Positions 40,363 to 49,942 of a stretch of 64,000 nucleotides of DNA are shown here, in pieces (the stretch's first letter is position 1; the number at the start of each line of letters is the position of its first letter). Origin of the DNA: Hyphomicrobiales bacterium (GTDB lineage: Bacteria; Pseudomonadota; Alphaproteobacteria; Rhizobiales; Beijerinckiaceae); assembly GCA_028290285.1 (NCBI GenBank), contig JAQGKD010000014.1, positions 4,958 through 68,957 of the forward strand, given 5' to 3'. The notes below the pieces were generated by a model. The model had not been told where the DNA came from. It worked only from the letters and a program-made list of their open reading frames with translations, and searched no databases. Both the position numbers and the translations under genes were made by a program.

Positions 40363-40465
40363 TTCCAACTGACCTTCCAACCCGCTTCCAACAGGGTTCC
40401 AACGCCCTTCCAACTGCCTACTACCACTCCCCCCTATAACCCCCTCCGGTTGGAACCGGTTGGAA
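40363..40465. repeat. Iteron array, putative replication origin of the element
   Basis: TTCCAAC at 40363, 40375, 40386, 40397 and 40408 (11-12 bp period); C-rich/TATA spacer; inverted GTTGGAA at 40449 and 40459; lies downstream of the helicase. Confidence 0.7.
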
Positions 40466-40537
40466 CACCGGTCCCGCGGAGGAATTGCGGTCAGAGCTAA
40501 ACACGCTAGGGTGGCTGAGAATTCGAGGAGGACAGGC

Positions 40538-40744
40538 ATGGACAATTTCTTTGTTTTCTACGCTTTGAAGGGCGTGGAGATTTTGGTGGTGGTTCTCGTG
40601 GTCTCGGGCATCGTGGCTCTCGTCGAGAAAGCTTTCGGCGCCGACACCACCCCACGGCATGTTCGGAAGCAAAGGGCGATGGAAGCGGCTGACGCAGGGC
40701 GTGACTTAACCCCGCTGCGGTCAAATATTCTGCCGCTCAGGTAG
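40538..40744 (+). CDS. Small single-TM membrane protein
   Basis: GAGGAGG RBS; MDNFFVFYALKGVEILVVVLVVSGIVALV. Confidence 0.6.
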   Translation: MDNFFVFYALKGVEILVVVLVVSGIVALVEKAFGADTTPRHVRKQRAMEAADAGRDLTPLRSNILPLR

Positions 40745-41879
40745 CAGCTACGATCCGAGACCGCTGACGAGCCGGGGAGCCTTCGGTTAGGAGCTTGATC
40801 TTCCCGTCACCGAACAATCGGTTCATGGCGCTCTGAAAGTCCGCCTTCTTGATGCCTCTTGCGTCTGGGTGCTGCGCAAAGAGCTTCGGCGCGAAGGTCG
40901 AGCATGGGACGGATGTCACATTGCGGCCTTCGCGATCGAACGTGGCAAGGAGATCCAAAAAGCGGGCGTCCGCATCCTGGGGGCTGAACCCGAACGATGA
41001 ACTTCCGCCCTGCAGGGCAAAAACACCTCCCGACCATTTCAGATTGATAGTCATGCTCGGGGGGCCGTAATTCGACTTTTTGAGACTCAGGACTCGAGTG
41101 TCCGGGTCCACAACCGCATCGTCATCTCGGTCCCGGCGCGGCCGCTCGAAATACATGCGAGACCGCACTGAATTCGACCATCCGACATTGCCTGACGTTC
41201 CTTCCCCTGAACTCATTCCCGCTTGGCTGGGATGGCTCAGCAGAAGCGTAGAGGTATCTGCTCTGATTGAGAGACCACGTAGCAGTGCGATGAACTGCCG
41301 GGCCTGCGTCTTCCGGATCTCGTCACCGCCAAAGACATCCGCGAGCGGGTCAATGATCAGCAGTGCCGGCCGCCGTTCGAGAACAGCTTCCTCCAGGCTG
41401 GCAAAGAGCGGCGTTGAGCGAAGGAGGTCGGACCGTCCCTCTGGCGACGCCAAGAGAGCATCCATGCCCGCCAAGCTCAGAAGGTCGAGCCCACCTAGAT
41501 CCTGCATGCGGAGACCCTGCCCCCGGCAGACATCTGCCATTCGCCGATGAAGCTCATCCATATCGTCTTCGGCCGTCACGAACACGGTTCTGCCTTTGGC
41601 TGGAAGCTGTCCGATCCATGATGTGCCCGTCACGGTTGCTGCCGCCAGTTGAAGCGCGAGCAAGGTTTTTCCGGTAGCCCCGTCACCCGACAACATGGTG
41701 ACATTGCGCGCGGGGATGAGTCCTTCGACGTGCCATTCGCGAGGCGTGATGGCCTTCCCGGCGAAATTAGCCGCATTTATGAATTGCAGCACGGGCCTTG
41801 GTGCTGGCGCGCCTGCGTCGGGTGGCCAGCGGTCACCCTCCCGCACGTCTGGGAAGTCGATGCGCTCACCCATTGGCAT
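40737..41879 (-). CDS. AAA_25/RepA-like SF4 replicative helicase
   Basis: REWHVEGLIP, GDGATGKT, LLIIDP, LLSHP, SGNVGWSNSVRSR, KSNYG; start ATG 41879. Confidence 0.85.
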   Translation of the reverse strand: MPMGERIDFPDVREGDRWPPDAGAPAPRPVLQFINAANFAGKAITPREWHVEGLIPARNVTMLSGDGATGKTLLALQLAAATVTGTSWIGQLPAKGRTVFVTAEDDMDELHRRMADVCRGQGLRMQDLGGLDLLSLAGMDALLASPEGRSDLLRSTPLFASLEEAVLERRPALLIIDPLADVFGGDEIRKTQARQFIALLRGLSIRADTSTLLLSHPSQAGMSSGEGTSGNVGWSNSVRSRMYFERPRRDRDDDAVVDPDTRVLSLKKSNYGPPSMTINLKWSGGVFALQGGSSSFGFSPQDADARFLDLLATFDREGRNVTSVPCSTFAPKLFAQHPDARGIKKADFQSAMNRLFGDGKIKLLTEGSPARQRSRIVAAT

Positions 41880-42123
41880 TACCGCCGGATTCGCTGAGGC
41901 CACGGAGCTCTTTGATGTTAGCCAAAAAAACCAGCATGCAGCGCCGCGCTTCGACGGTGTGATGCAGCGCGAGGAAGTCGCATCCTGCCTCGAGATATTG
42001 ATCTGCCATGCTGCTGTGCCACTGCACGAGCGCGAGGATTTCTCGCGCTGCGTCCCGCAGCTGCCATTTGCGATCTTCAAGAACTTGTCGCGGGTTCGGA
42101 GGGTTTTGGACGTGAATGTTCAC
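41866..42123 (-). CDS. Hypothetical protein (85 aa)
   Basis: Overlaps the neighbouring genes at both ends within the operon. Confidence 0.6.
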   Translation of the reverse strand: MNIHVQNPPNPRQVLEDRKWQLRDAAREILALVQWHSSMADQYLEAGCDFLALHHTVEARRCMLVFLANIKELRGLSESGGNANG

Positions 42124-42530
42124 GCGCCACCTCCGACGTCGAGAGGTTCAACCGTGACGACGATGCCCGGCAGAGGTCCATATCTTTTCTCGACGTGAAG
42201 CGCGGCAACTTGCGCATCGTCTTCGTAGACGATCGCGTTAATCGCGTCCGCAATGAGCTTCGCGATGTTGTCTACGTCGGGGCGGCTGGTTCGCCACTTC
42301 GCCTCTGCAGAGCGTTTGCGCGACCAGCCCTTGGGAACGATGTATGTTGCTCGGATCGACATTCGGAGCGCCCCGGCCATTGGGGCCTGCCCATCCATGG
42401 CCCTGTGCGCGGCAAGCTGGATGAGAGCCATATGGTCGCGCTGCCGCTTAGGGGTGAATCTGACGGTTCCCCTACCCCCGGAGCGTGCGAAGGCGATCGG
42501 CTCGCCTGGAATTGAGAAGGCAACGCTCAT
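42120..42530 (-). CDS. rusA: RusA-family Holliday junction endonuclease
   Basis: FSIPGEP, RPDVDNIAKLIADAINAIVYEDDAQV..L.VEKRY; start ATG 42530. Confidence 0.88.
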   Translation of the reverse strand: MSVAFSIPGEPIAFARSGGRGTVRFTPKRQRDHMALIQLAAHRAMDGQAPMAGALRMSIRATYIVPKGWSRKRSAEAKWRTSRPDVDNIAKLIADAINAIVYEDDAQVAALHVEKRYGPLPGIVVTVEPLDVGGGA

Positions 42531-42802
42531 GGTGCGTCCCCCGTCCGCTGGAGGCAGACGCGGAGCTGACAGCAGCCAACGGTGTATTTTGTTGCCTCGC
42601 GGCACGCTTGCTTGAGATTGGAATGTTGCGAGATCGGCACGCATGAGCCGTTTTTCATGTCTCCATCGATCACGAAGAGGCGGGAAACAAGTCGTTGCAG
42701 CCCCGGTTGCGTTCCCGAGAGCCTGAAGCCCTCCCAAATGAGAACAAAATCGAGCTCATAGCTGGGCGTTGAGGCACAGCACACTTTTGCGGAATCAGTC
42801 AT
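42527..42802 (-). CDS. Hypothetical protein
   Basis: Start overlaps the upstream stop; its TGA overlaps the rusA ATG (ATGA). Confidence 0.45.
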   Translation of the reverse strand: MTDSAKVCCASTPSYELDFVLIWEGFRLSGTQPGLQRLVSRLFVIDGDMKNGSCVPISQHSNLKQACREATKYTVGCCQLRVCLQRTGDAP

Positions 42803-43106
42803 CGCCATGCCCCTCCAAGAGGTCGAGCGCAGCCCCCAAGGGGCCTGCAGCGTTTCCTTCTGAACTTCTTGCCAAGGCGTGCCGCAAGACGTGGGCAGGA
42901 CAGCCGAACTGCAAAGCCAAGCTTGCTAAAATTGCAGCATCGCGAGCGCTGTCTGCAAGCGCGGACGAGCCCTTCAATGCGTCGACAAAGACTTCAGCGA
43001 GATCGCCATCCTCGAAGCGGCTCGCGCCCACGACGTACGCATGTCCGGCATGCTGCAGCGAGAGAAGCTCGCTGCGGCGGCGGCTGGGAAGTGCTCTGCG
43101 GCTCAT
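42795..43106 (-). CDS. Stand-alone TSCPD-like (class II RNR C-terminal) domain protein
   Basis: RRALPSRR...DGDLAEVFV...KGSS...RDAAILASLALQFG...GPLGAALD. Confidence 0.65.
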   Translation of the reverse strand: MSRRALPSRRRSELLSLQHAGHAYVVGASRFEDGDLAEVFVDALKGSSALADSARDAAILASLALQFGCPAHVLRHALARSSEGNAAGPLGAALDLLEGHGDD

Positions 43107-43354
43107 GATTTGGCCTCCGCAACGGCGCGCTCAAGCATCTCAAGTGCCACACGCATTTCGCGCACCGTCTGGACCCCGTGCAGGGCAAATCCCTTGGTCG
43201 TCGACAGAAGCTTTCCATCAGGGCGGCGATGATGGCAGCGGATATCGGCACGTCCGTCATCGCGAAGCATGACCACGATGTCTTCCCGCGAGTTGCGACG
43301 GACGCTCGCGATCATGCGAGATTCAGATCGGCTTTTTTGGAAATGGTCAGACAT
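43103..43354 (-). CDS. PC4/p15-like ssDNA-binding protein
   Basis: IASVRRNSREDIVV.L....ADIR......G...STTKGFAL pattern; start ATG 43354. Confidence 0.6.
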   Translation of the reverse strand: MSDHFQKSRSESRMIASVRRNSREDIVVMLRDDGRADIRCHHRRPDGKLLSTTKGFALHGVQTVREMRVALEMLERAVAEAKS

Positions 43355-43547
43355 GAGCGGCGCCCCCCGCGTTGTAGAAAAGTGCTGCAATCGTTCGAGC
43401 AGTCGCGCTAGGCAGGCCGAAGCGGCGAGCCAGCTTGTTGGCTTGGATGTCGAGAGGGCCTGTGGTATCCTGGATAATCGCTTGGCGGCGGTGAATTCCC
43501 AGGACCCGGCAGCGCACCCCGCTGTTCGGGTTCTTTGGTTTCGACAT
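43347..43547 (-). CDS. Hypothetical protein (66 aa)
   Basis: TAATG coupling to the upstream gene; LARRFGL..A.A..IA. Confidence 0.6.
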   Translation of the reverse strand: MSKPKNPNSGVRCRVLGIHRRQAIIQDTTGPLDIQANKLARRFGLPSATARTIAALFYNAGGAAHV

Positions 43548-43786
43548 TAGGCAGCAGCCTCCGAACGAGCTTCCGAGGTGCTGCGCACCGGCTTACTCAA
43601 CCTGCCCTGAGCCCAGTCGAGTGCATCACCCCAGCGATACAGGGGCTTCTTTCCGAAAAGGCGGTAGGGAGGACCTCCGCCCCGCGTTGCCTTGGTCGCT
43701 AAGGTCGAGACCGTGATCGGGAACCCGGCAGCTGTCAGGCTGGTCGCCGTCAAGTCCCGGGGGAGGAGAGTATCTCGCTCGATCAT
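43547..43786 (-). CDS. AlpA/excisionase-like DNA-binding protein
   Basis: TLATKATRGGGPPYRLFGKKPLYRWGDALDWA winged-helix pattern; near the integrase; GAGGT RBS. Confidence 0.78.
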   Translation of the reverse strand: MIERDTLLPRDLTATSLTAAGFPITVSTLATKATRGGGPPYRLFGKKPLYRWGDALDWAQGRLSKPVRSTSEARSEAAA

Positions 43787-43854
43787 CGCCACCTCTTTCT
43801 GCGCAAACGCGCTGTTTGAACTGGCTTGATGTTGCGAGCTGAACCCCTGCCCGG

Positions 43855-44511
43855 CTACTTCGCATGAGGCGTGCTGTCAGAATGTCCGGCCGCATTGGCG
43901 CGTTCTGTCAGGATGTCCGAAATGACGCGGGCGACCTGTCTTTTGCTAGGGTATGGAGGTCTGTCGTTATTCTTCAAACGCTTGGAGTTCAGCCGTTTGT
44001 AGCTCGGCGGAAAAAAGCGTCGAACGGATCCCAGAATTGCTTCCGCGAGCTTCGCCGGTGTATCGCTCGGTCCAAGGTCCATAGGCTCTAGTTCAGCGCG
44101 CACCACATCCTTAAGGGCCTGTGAGCTCGCCGCGTTAGCTTCACGGCCGGCCATTGTGCCCTTTTGCCGCAAGAAAACGGCGCTCACGTCTGAAACACTC
44201 GCCAGGCTTCCGATCGCGAAGGATGCAGAAAGTGCTGCCCAAATCTGCGCATAGGCAAAGTCCCTCTCATGATCGAGAGGCATGCCATCCGCCAACTTAG
44301 TGAAGTATTTAACCGAGGAGACCAACTGGTCTCTTCGGTGCGCCAAGAACTCCTGGCTTTGTTGGTCAGGGAGCAGGAATTCGGAGTCAATCGACGCCTG
44401 CGTTGTGGTGACAAGGAACTCTACAAAGCTTTCTAGTTCTTTCTCAGGCGAATTCGCGGTCTGAATTCTGCCGACGTCGGCTGGCTGCTTATCCTTCGAT
44501 TTCATGATCAC
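43855..44511 (-). CDS. Hypothetical protein (218 aa) between integrase and excisionase
   Basis: Open frame overlapping the integrase 3' end; possible C-terminal HTH. Confidence 0.6.
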   Translation of the reverse strand: MIMKSKDKQPADVGRIQTANSPEKELESFVEFLVTTTQASIDSEFLLPDQQSQEFLAHRRDQLVSSVKYFTKLADGMPLDHERDFAYAQIWAALSASFAIGSLASVSDVSAVFLRQKGTMAGREANAASSQALKDVVRAELEPMDLGPSDTPAKLAEAILGSVRRFFPPSYKRLNSKRLKNNDRPPYPSKRQVARVISDILTERANAAGHSDSTPHAK

Positions 44512-45730
44512 CTACCAAAGTGCTGATTTGTGTCGCTATTGCATCTGCGGCGCCCAGGAGGACGGCGTCCGCCGAATGCACATATCTGGACGTTATGCTC
44601 TGCCCTGCGTGGCCAATGAGCGCCGCTATCGTCAGTTCTGAAAACCCGAGATCGGCCGCCAACGACGCGAACGAGTGTCGGAGAACGTGTGGCGTCACAT
44701 CGGCGGGCAGGCCGCCTAGAAGACAAACCTTCCGGAACAACGATGGAAACCCGCTCATCGGGCCGGAGCCTCGCGTCGCCGGGAACACAAATTTTGACGC
44801 GCGGGACATGTCAGTGACCGTCGAGCTAGCTGCTTTCGACAGTGGTCGCAGCGAACGTCCCGTCTTCGTGTCGGAAAGAATTGCGCTGCGGCGAGCGAGA
44901 TCAACCTCGTCCCATTGCAGACCAATTACCTCGCCACTGCGCCACCCCGTAAAGAGCAGCATTCGAGTTGCCGCCAAAGCGGCGGGCCAAATTCTTCCCT
45001 CAGCTTTTCGTAGCGCCGTTCCAAGAGCCTCGTACTCGTCCTCCGAAAGACGCCGCTCCCGCCTCTTGTCAGCGAAGCGCACGACGCCCCGAACAGGATT
45101 GTCCGCCCGAAGCTTTTTCCTTACGGCGTAGGTGAAGATAGCTCCGAGCAGGCCAAGCGTGCGGCTCGCTGTCCCCCTTCCGCCAGTCACCTGCGCGAGC
45201 CCCCGCGCCGATTTTACCCGCGCGGCGGTCTCGCCTTCAGCGACAGAGTGCAAGAATTGCTCGACGTCCTCCCGCGTCACGGCGCTGACTTTCAGCCGGC
45301 CGAGCAGCGGTTTGATGTGATGCTCGATTCGCCCCTTGTCGGTGGCGAGAGTCGAAGGCTTCTTGGGCACACCGTCTTTAGTCAGCAAGCGCCCTGATTC
45401 AGCGTCCTTCAGGTAAATATCGCAGAACTCCGCCACAGTCGCCGCTTCCCGGGTTGTGCTTTTCCCTCCGGCCGGGTCCTTGCCCGCCGCGACTTCGCCG
45501 AGGATGCGCTGCGCCTCCGCGCGGGCAGCGCTCGGTGTCCATGGGGACCCGTGACGGCCAATCGTGAACCACCGCTGCCGCCCTTCCCGGGTCCGGTAAG
45601 CGATAACGTAGCTCACGTTGGGCCCGCGCTGCCGGCGCGCGCCGAAGCCGATCACGCGGGCGTCCCAAATCACCTCTCCCGGCTGAAGTGCCGCGATCGA
45701 TTCCAGACCTATCGCTCGACGGTTTGTCAT
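44489..45730 (-). CDS. int: Tyrosine integrase with N-terminal arm-binding domain
   Basis: IWD....FG.R...SY...YR...GRQRW.TIG arm domain; TGWRSGE (R), KTG (K), HVLRHSFAS (HxxR), IGH, RY. Confidence 0.93.
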   Translation of the reverse strand: MTNRRAIGLESIAALQPGEVIWDARVIGFGARRQRGPNVSYVIAYRTREGRQRWFTIGRHGSPWTPSAARAEAQRILGEVAAGKDPAGGKSTTREAATVAEFCDIYLKDAESGRLLTKDGVPKKPSTLATDKGRIEHHIKPLLGRLKVSAVTREDVEQFLHSVAEGETAARVKSARGLAQVTGGRGTASRTLGLLGAIFTYAVRKKLRADNPVRGVVRFADKRRERRLSEDEYEALGTALRKAEGRIWPAALAATRMLLFTGWRSGEVIGLQWDEVDLARRSAILSDTKTGRSLRPLSKAASSTVTDMSRASKFVFPATRGSGPMSGFPSLFRKVCLLGGLPADVTPHVLRHSFASLAADLGFSELTIAALIGHAGQSITSRYVHSADAVLLGAADAIATQISTLVGDHEIEG

Positions 45731-45756
45731 CTATTCCGACCTTTTTGTTCCCGCGC

Positions 45757-45810
45757 TAGCAAGCAATCTAGCTAGCAGTTTTGAGCAAGCGACGGCAAGC
45801 TGCGGCAAAC
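45757..45810 (+). repeat. Putative integrase arm-type sites, right arm
   Basis: TAGCAAGCA 45757, TAGCTAGCA 45769, GAGCAAGCG 45783, then GGCAAGC and GGCAAAC. Confidence 0.65.
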
Positions 45811-45881
45811 CACAACAGCTACAAACGCCTGGTAGCCACCTCTTTTTTTCAATTCTTCAAACTGAGACAAGTCTCAGCAAA

Positions 45882-45915
45882 CCCGCCGACATGCCCAAGG
45901 AGGGCAGCCATTACG
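45882..45915 (+). repeat. attR core (34-bp direct repeat)
   Basis: Identical to 28118-28151. Confidence 0.95.
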
Positions 45916-47214
45916 ATCTGCCCATCGCACTGGGCGTGATGGCCGCCATCGGGGCGATCCCGAGCGATGCCCTGAATGGCTATACGGTTCTCGGCGAACT
46001 CGCGCTCGACGGCTCGATCACCGCCGTGGCCGGATGTCTTCCGGCCGCCGTGGCAGCCAATGCGCTCGGGCACGGGCTCATCTGCCCGCATGACTGCGGG
46101 TCGGAAGCGGCCTGGGCGTCCTCCGAAATCGACATTCTTGCGCCCCGTTCGCTGATCCAGCTCGCCAATCATTTCAAGGGCACGCAGGTGATGTCGCGGC
46201 CTGTGCCCGCCGTTCGCGGGCCGGGGATCGCCCCACCCGACCTGCGGGACATCAAGGGCCAGGAAAGCGCCAAGCGAGCGCTCGAAATCGCCGCTGCCGG
46301 GGGCCATCACCTGCTGATGAGCGGACCTCCGGGTGCCGGTAAATCCATGCTGGCGGCCCGGATGCCCTCCATCCTGCCGCCGCTGAGCCCGCGCGAATTG
46401 CTCGAGGTCTCCATGATCCATTCCGTGGCGGGCGCGCTTGCCGGGGGTCAATTGACGGACCGGCGCCCCTATCGCGCTCCCCATCATTCGGCATCCATGG
46501 CGGCGCTGGTCGGCGGCGGAATTCATGCGCGCCCCGGAGAAGTCTCGCTCGCCCATCACGGCGTGCTCTTTCTCGACGAACTACCGGAATTCCATGCCCA
46601 GACGCTGGACGGCTTGCGCCAGCCCATCGAGATGGGCGAAGTCGCAATCTCGCGCGCCAATCACAGGGTGGTTTATCCGGCCCGCTTTCAGCTCGTCGCT
46701 GCCATGAACCCGTGCCGATGCGGGCATGCGACCGATCCGGGCTATGCCTGCAAACGCCAGCCCAACGACCGCTGCATGGCGAATTACCAGGCGAAACTCT
46801 CGGGGCCGCTGCTCGACAGGTTCGATCTCTCGATCGAAGTGCCCGCGGTGTCCGCGGCCGATCTGCTGCTGCCACCCTCCAGCGAGGGATCCGCCGAGGT
46901 GGCTGCGCGCGTCGCGCGGGCGCGCGATATCCAGCGCCGCCGCTATGCCGATCTCGGCCTGCCGGGCGTGCCCAGCAACAGCGCGGCGCCTGCGAGCGTC
47001 ATCGAGAGCGTCGCCAAGCTCGATGCGTCCAGCCAGACGCTGTTTCGCGAGGCCGCCGACAGGATGCGGCTGACGGCGCGCGGCTTTCACCGCGTGCTGA
47101 AACTGGCGCGCACGCTGGCCGATCTCGACGGGGCAGACGCCATCCAGCGCATCCAATATCGCCGAAGCCCTGTCCTACCGGGCCATGTCGTCGCGTTCCG
47201 CACAGGCCGCGTGA
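45882..47214 (+). pseudogene. comM: comM 3' part, with an additional +1 frameshift near its end
   Basis: [75 protein letters not shown]; the conserved (H)IAEALSYR end lies in another frame after an extra A at 47155/47156. Confidence 0.9.
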
Positions 47215-47294
47215 TGGCCTGCAACGCTTTGTCAATCGGCTTGGCTCATGGTGCGAGTGCCGTCTCGAGACGGTGGCGTTCGTGGGTCAATATC

Positions 47295-49040
47295 GTGTTC
47301 GAGTCGTTTGCGTGGATCCAAGCCCTCGGGGCCACCCTTGCGCTCTCCGCCGGGATCGCACTGGACCTGCGCCGCCGGAGGAGCGAGGCGGCGCTTCGCA
47401 GCGCGCGCGCCGAAACAGAGCGTCTGCGGGCGACCCTCACCGAGGTTGCCCCGGAAGCCGCCGCGCGGGAGCGCGCCGAGGCTGCGAACGAGGCGAAGTC
47501 GCGGTTTCTGGCGACCGTCAGCCATGAAGTGCGCACGCCGCTGAACGGCATTCTCGGAATGGCGGACCTGATGAGCGGCACGGACCTCACGGCCGAGCAG
47601 CGGAGCTATCTCGCGGCGATCCGCACCTCCGGCACCGCGCTCGCCTCACTGATAGAAGGCATCCTCGATTTTTCCAAGATCGAGGCCGGCAAGCTCGATC
47701 TCGTGGAGGTGCCCTTCGATCTCCATGCCCTCGTCGAGGGCGTTGTCGAACTGCTGGCCCCACGGGCGCAGGGCAAGGGCCTCGAGATCGCCACCTCCAT
47801 CGCCGCCGATGTGCCGCGCCACGTGCTCGGAGACGGTCCGCGACTGCGGCAGATCCTACTTAATCTGGCCGGCAATGCCGTCAAATTCACCGGCGACGGT
47901 GGCATCGGCGTCCGATTGACCGTGAGCGGTGAAAACATCCGCTTCGCCATAGAAGACACCGGGCCGGGAGTGCCGGAGGCGCGCCGCGTCGCGATCTTCG
48001 AGGATTTCGAACAGGCGGACGGGTCGTCCACCCGCAGCCATGACGGCTCGGGGCTCGGCCTCGCCATTTCACGGCGCATCGTGGAGCGCATGGGCGGGGA
48101 TCTGAGACTCGAACAATCGAGCGACCATGGCTCGATCTTCGCCTTCGCGATCCGCCTTCCACCCCAGGTCGACGCCGCGCCCGCCCCGGCCGCGCCGTCG
48201 CTCGACGGGCGCTCGGTTCTCATTGTCGGACGCTCGCCTTTTGAAGCGCCCTACCTCGGCGAGCGGCTGGCGGGCGCGGGTGCGCGCGTGCTGCGGGCCG
48301 AAGGCGCCCCCGCCGCGCTCGACCTGCTCCGCCAGACGCCCTGCCCGGATGTCGTGATCGTCGATTGCGCGCTTGGAGAGGCCGCCATGGGGGAACTGGC
48401 CGCCGCCGCGCGCTCCGCAGGTGTCTCGCAGAGTCTGGTGCTGTTCTCGCCTTTCGAGCGGCGCGCGCTCGACCGGCATGCCCTTTCCAGCTTCGACGGC
48501 TGGCTCGTCAAACCGGTGCGCTCAGGTTCGTTGATGGCGCGCCTTTCGGGCGGGTCCGATCCTGCGCCCGACGACGCCCAGGACGGTTCGGAGGCCAGCT
48601 TGCGCCTGCCGCCCCGCGGGCTGCGCGTGCTCGTCGCCGAGGACAATGCCGTCAATGCCCTGCTCGTCACGCGCCATCTCGAGCGGCTCGGGGCCGAGGT
48701 CGTTCTTGCCCGGAATGGCGTCGAAGCCGCACATGAAGCGGGACGCGCCATCAAGGGCGATGCCGCGCCCTTCGACGTGATCCTCATGGACATCCGCATG
48801 CCCGGTCTGGATGGGCTCGAAGCGACGCGGCGCATCCGCCACAAGGAGGCGCTGGCGGGATCGACGCCGACGCGCATCGTCGCCTTGACAGCCAACGCGT
48901 TCGATGAGGATCGGCGCGCCTGCTTCGATGCAGGGATCGACGCCTTCCTGATCAAGCCGATGGATCTCGCGCAACTCGCCGAAATCCTCGGCGCGTGCGA
49001 GGTTCAGCGCCCGCCGCGCATCGCGTCTGCCGCGCTTTAG
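47295..49040 (+). CDS. Hybrid sensor histidine kinase/response regulator
   Basis: [20 protein letters not shown]-box, [21 protein letters not shown], two receiver domains (LVAEDN...[10 protein letters not shown]); likely own start GTG 47295. Confidence 0.9.
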   Translation: MFESFAWIQALGATLALSAGIALDLRRRRSEAALRSARAETERLRATLTEVAPEAAARERAEAANEAKSRFLATVSHEVRTPLNGILGMADLMSGTDLTAEQRSYLAAIRTSGTALASLIEGILDFSKIEAGKLDLVEVPFDLHALVEGVVELLAPRAQGKGLEIATSIAADVPRHVLGDGPRLRQILLNLAGNAVKFTGDGGIGVRLTVSGENIRFAIEDTGPGVPEARRVAIFEDFEQADGSSTRSHDGSGLGLAISRRIVERMGGDLRLEQSSDHGSIFAFAIRLPPQVDAAPAPAAPSLDGRSVLIVGRSPFEAPYLGERLAGAGARVLRAEGAPAALDLLRQTPCPDVVIVDCALGEAAMGELAAAARSAGVSQSLVLFSPFERRALDRHALSSFDGWLVKPVRSGSLMARLSGGSDPAPDDAQDGSEASLRLPPRGLRVLVAEDNAVNALLVTRHLERLGAEVVLARNGVEAAHEAGRAIKGDAAPFDVILMDIRMPGLDGLEATRRIRHKEALAGSTPTRIVALTANAFDEDRRACFDAGIDAFLIKPMDLAQLAEILGACEVQRPPRIASAAL

Positions 49041-49057
49041 TAAAGCGTTCGCGTCCC

Positions 49058-49942
49058 TCAGACCGGCGCGCGCCCTTCGCCTGCGTCGCACAAGGAGCGC
49101 AGTCCCTCGCGATAGCTTGGAAATGCAAACGAGAACCCCAGCTCGCGTTTGATGCGCGCGTTGGAGACGCGCTTGTTCTCGCCGTAAAAGCTGCGCGCCA
49201 TGGGGGTGAGTTGCGCGCTCGCGAAATCCTGTTCGGGCGGCGGGGCGACTCCGAGCAGTTCAGCGGCGAAGGTCACGACATCCTGCGGGGGGGCAGGCTC
49301 GTCGTCGGTGACATTGTAGATCGCGCCCGGCAGCTTCGTCGCGAAACAAGCCTCGATGGCATGCGCGATATCGGTGACGTGAATGCGGTTGAACACCTGG
49401 CCCGGCTTGACCAGCCTTTTCGCGGTTCCGGCGCTCAGCGCCGCCAATGCATTCCCTCCCGGGCCGTAAATGCCGGACAGGCGAAGGATGTCGAGCGCGC
49501 ATCCCCTCCGGTCGGCAAGATCCTGCCAGGCATCCTCTGCCTCGAGTCGCAGGCGCGAGCGTTCGGCAACCGGACGCGGGGGCGTCGTCTCGTCGATCCA
49601 CGCGCCGCCATGATCGCCATAGACGCCGATGGTCGAGAGATACACGACGCGCTCCAGGCGCGGCGCGGCCGCGATCTCCTCCGTAAAGGCCTGCAACACA
49701 GGATCGCCAGATTCCCCGGGCGGGATGGAGACGAGAAGGCAGCGCGCTTGCGACAGCGCGGGCGCGATGGCGGCGTCGCGGCGATCGCCGTCGAACAGCA
49801 TGGGCGCGACCTGCCCGTCGGCCGAAAGGCGCGTTGCCTTGGCGGGACTGCGCACCGTGCCGGCCAGCGGCGCATAGGCAGCTCCGTGAAGCCGCACGAA
49901 TTCGAGCGAGGAATGGCCGAGGCCGAAGATGAAGGCTGTCAC
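49058..49942 (-). CDS. Atypical SDR / NAD-dependent epimerase
   Basis: [34 protein letters not shown]. Confidence 0.88.
   Translation of the reverse strand: MTAFIFGLGHSSLEFVRLHGAAYAPLAGTVRSPAKATRLSADGQVAPMLFDGDRRDAAIAPALSQARCLLVSIPPGESGDPVLQAFTEEIAAAPRLERVVYLSTIGVYGDHGGAWIDETTPPRPVAERSRLRLEAEDAWQDLADRRGCALDILRLSGIYGPGGNALAALSAGTAKRLVKPGQVFNRIHVTDIAHAIEACFATKLPGAIYNVTDDEPAPPQDVVTFAAELLGVAPPPEQDFASAQLTPMARSFYGENKRVSNARIKRELGFSFAFPSYREGLRSLCDAGEGRAPV

Larger units (their letters stand above)
28118..45915. mobile_element. 17.8-kb integrative element (phage satellite-like or defective prophage) inserted in comM
   Basis: Perfect 34-bp flanking direct repeats inside comM, tyrosine integrase next to attR, excisionase-like, helicase, terminase and tape-measure-like genes; visibly more AT-rich than the flanks. 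Confidence 0.93.

Noticed and set aside
40363-40465. TTCCAAC repeats as a CRISPR array
   Set aside because: 7-bp units with 4-5-bp gaps, no spacer-length unique sequences and no cas genes; fits iterons.
28118-45915. Complete prophage, gene transfer agent, ICE, retron or DGR interpretation of the island
   Set aside because: No recognisable capsid, portal, tail or lysis genes, no relaxase or T4SS, and no reverse transcriptase.
45891-49040. A genuine evolved 1049-aa ComM-kinase fusion protein
   Set aside because: Explained by a single extra A; the normal ComM C-terminus and stop are intact in the adjacent frame. Reported as a frameshift instead.
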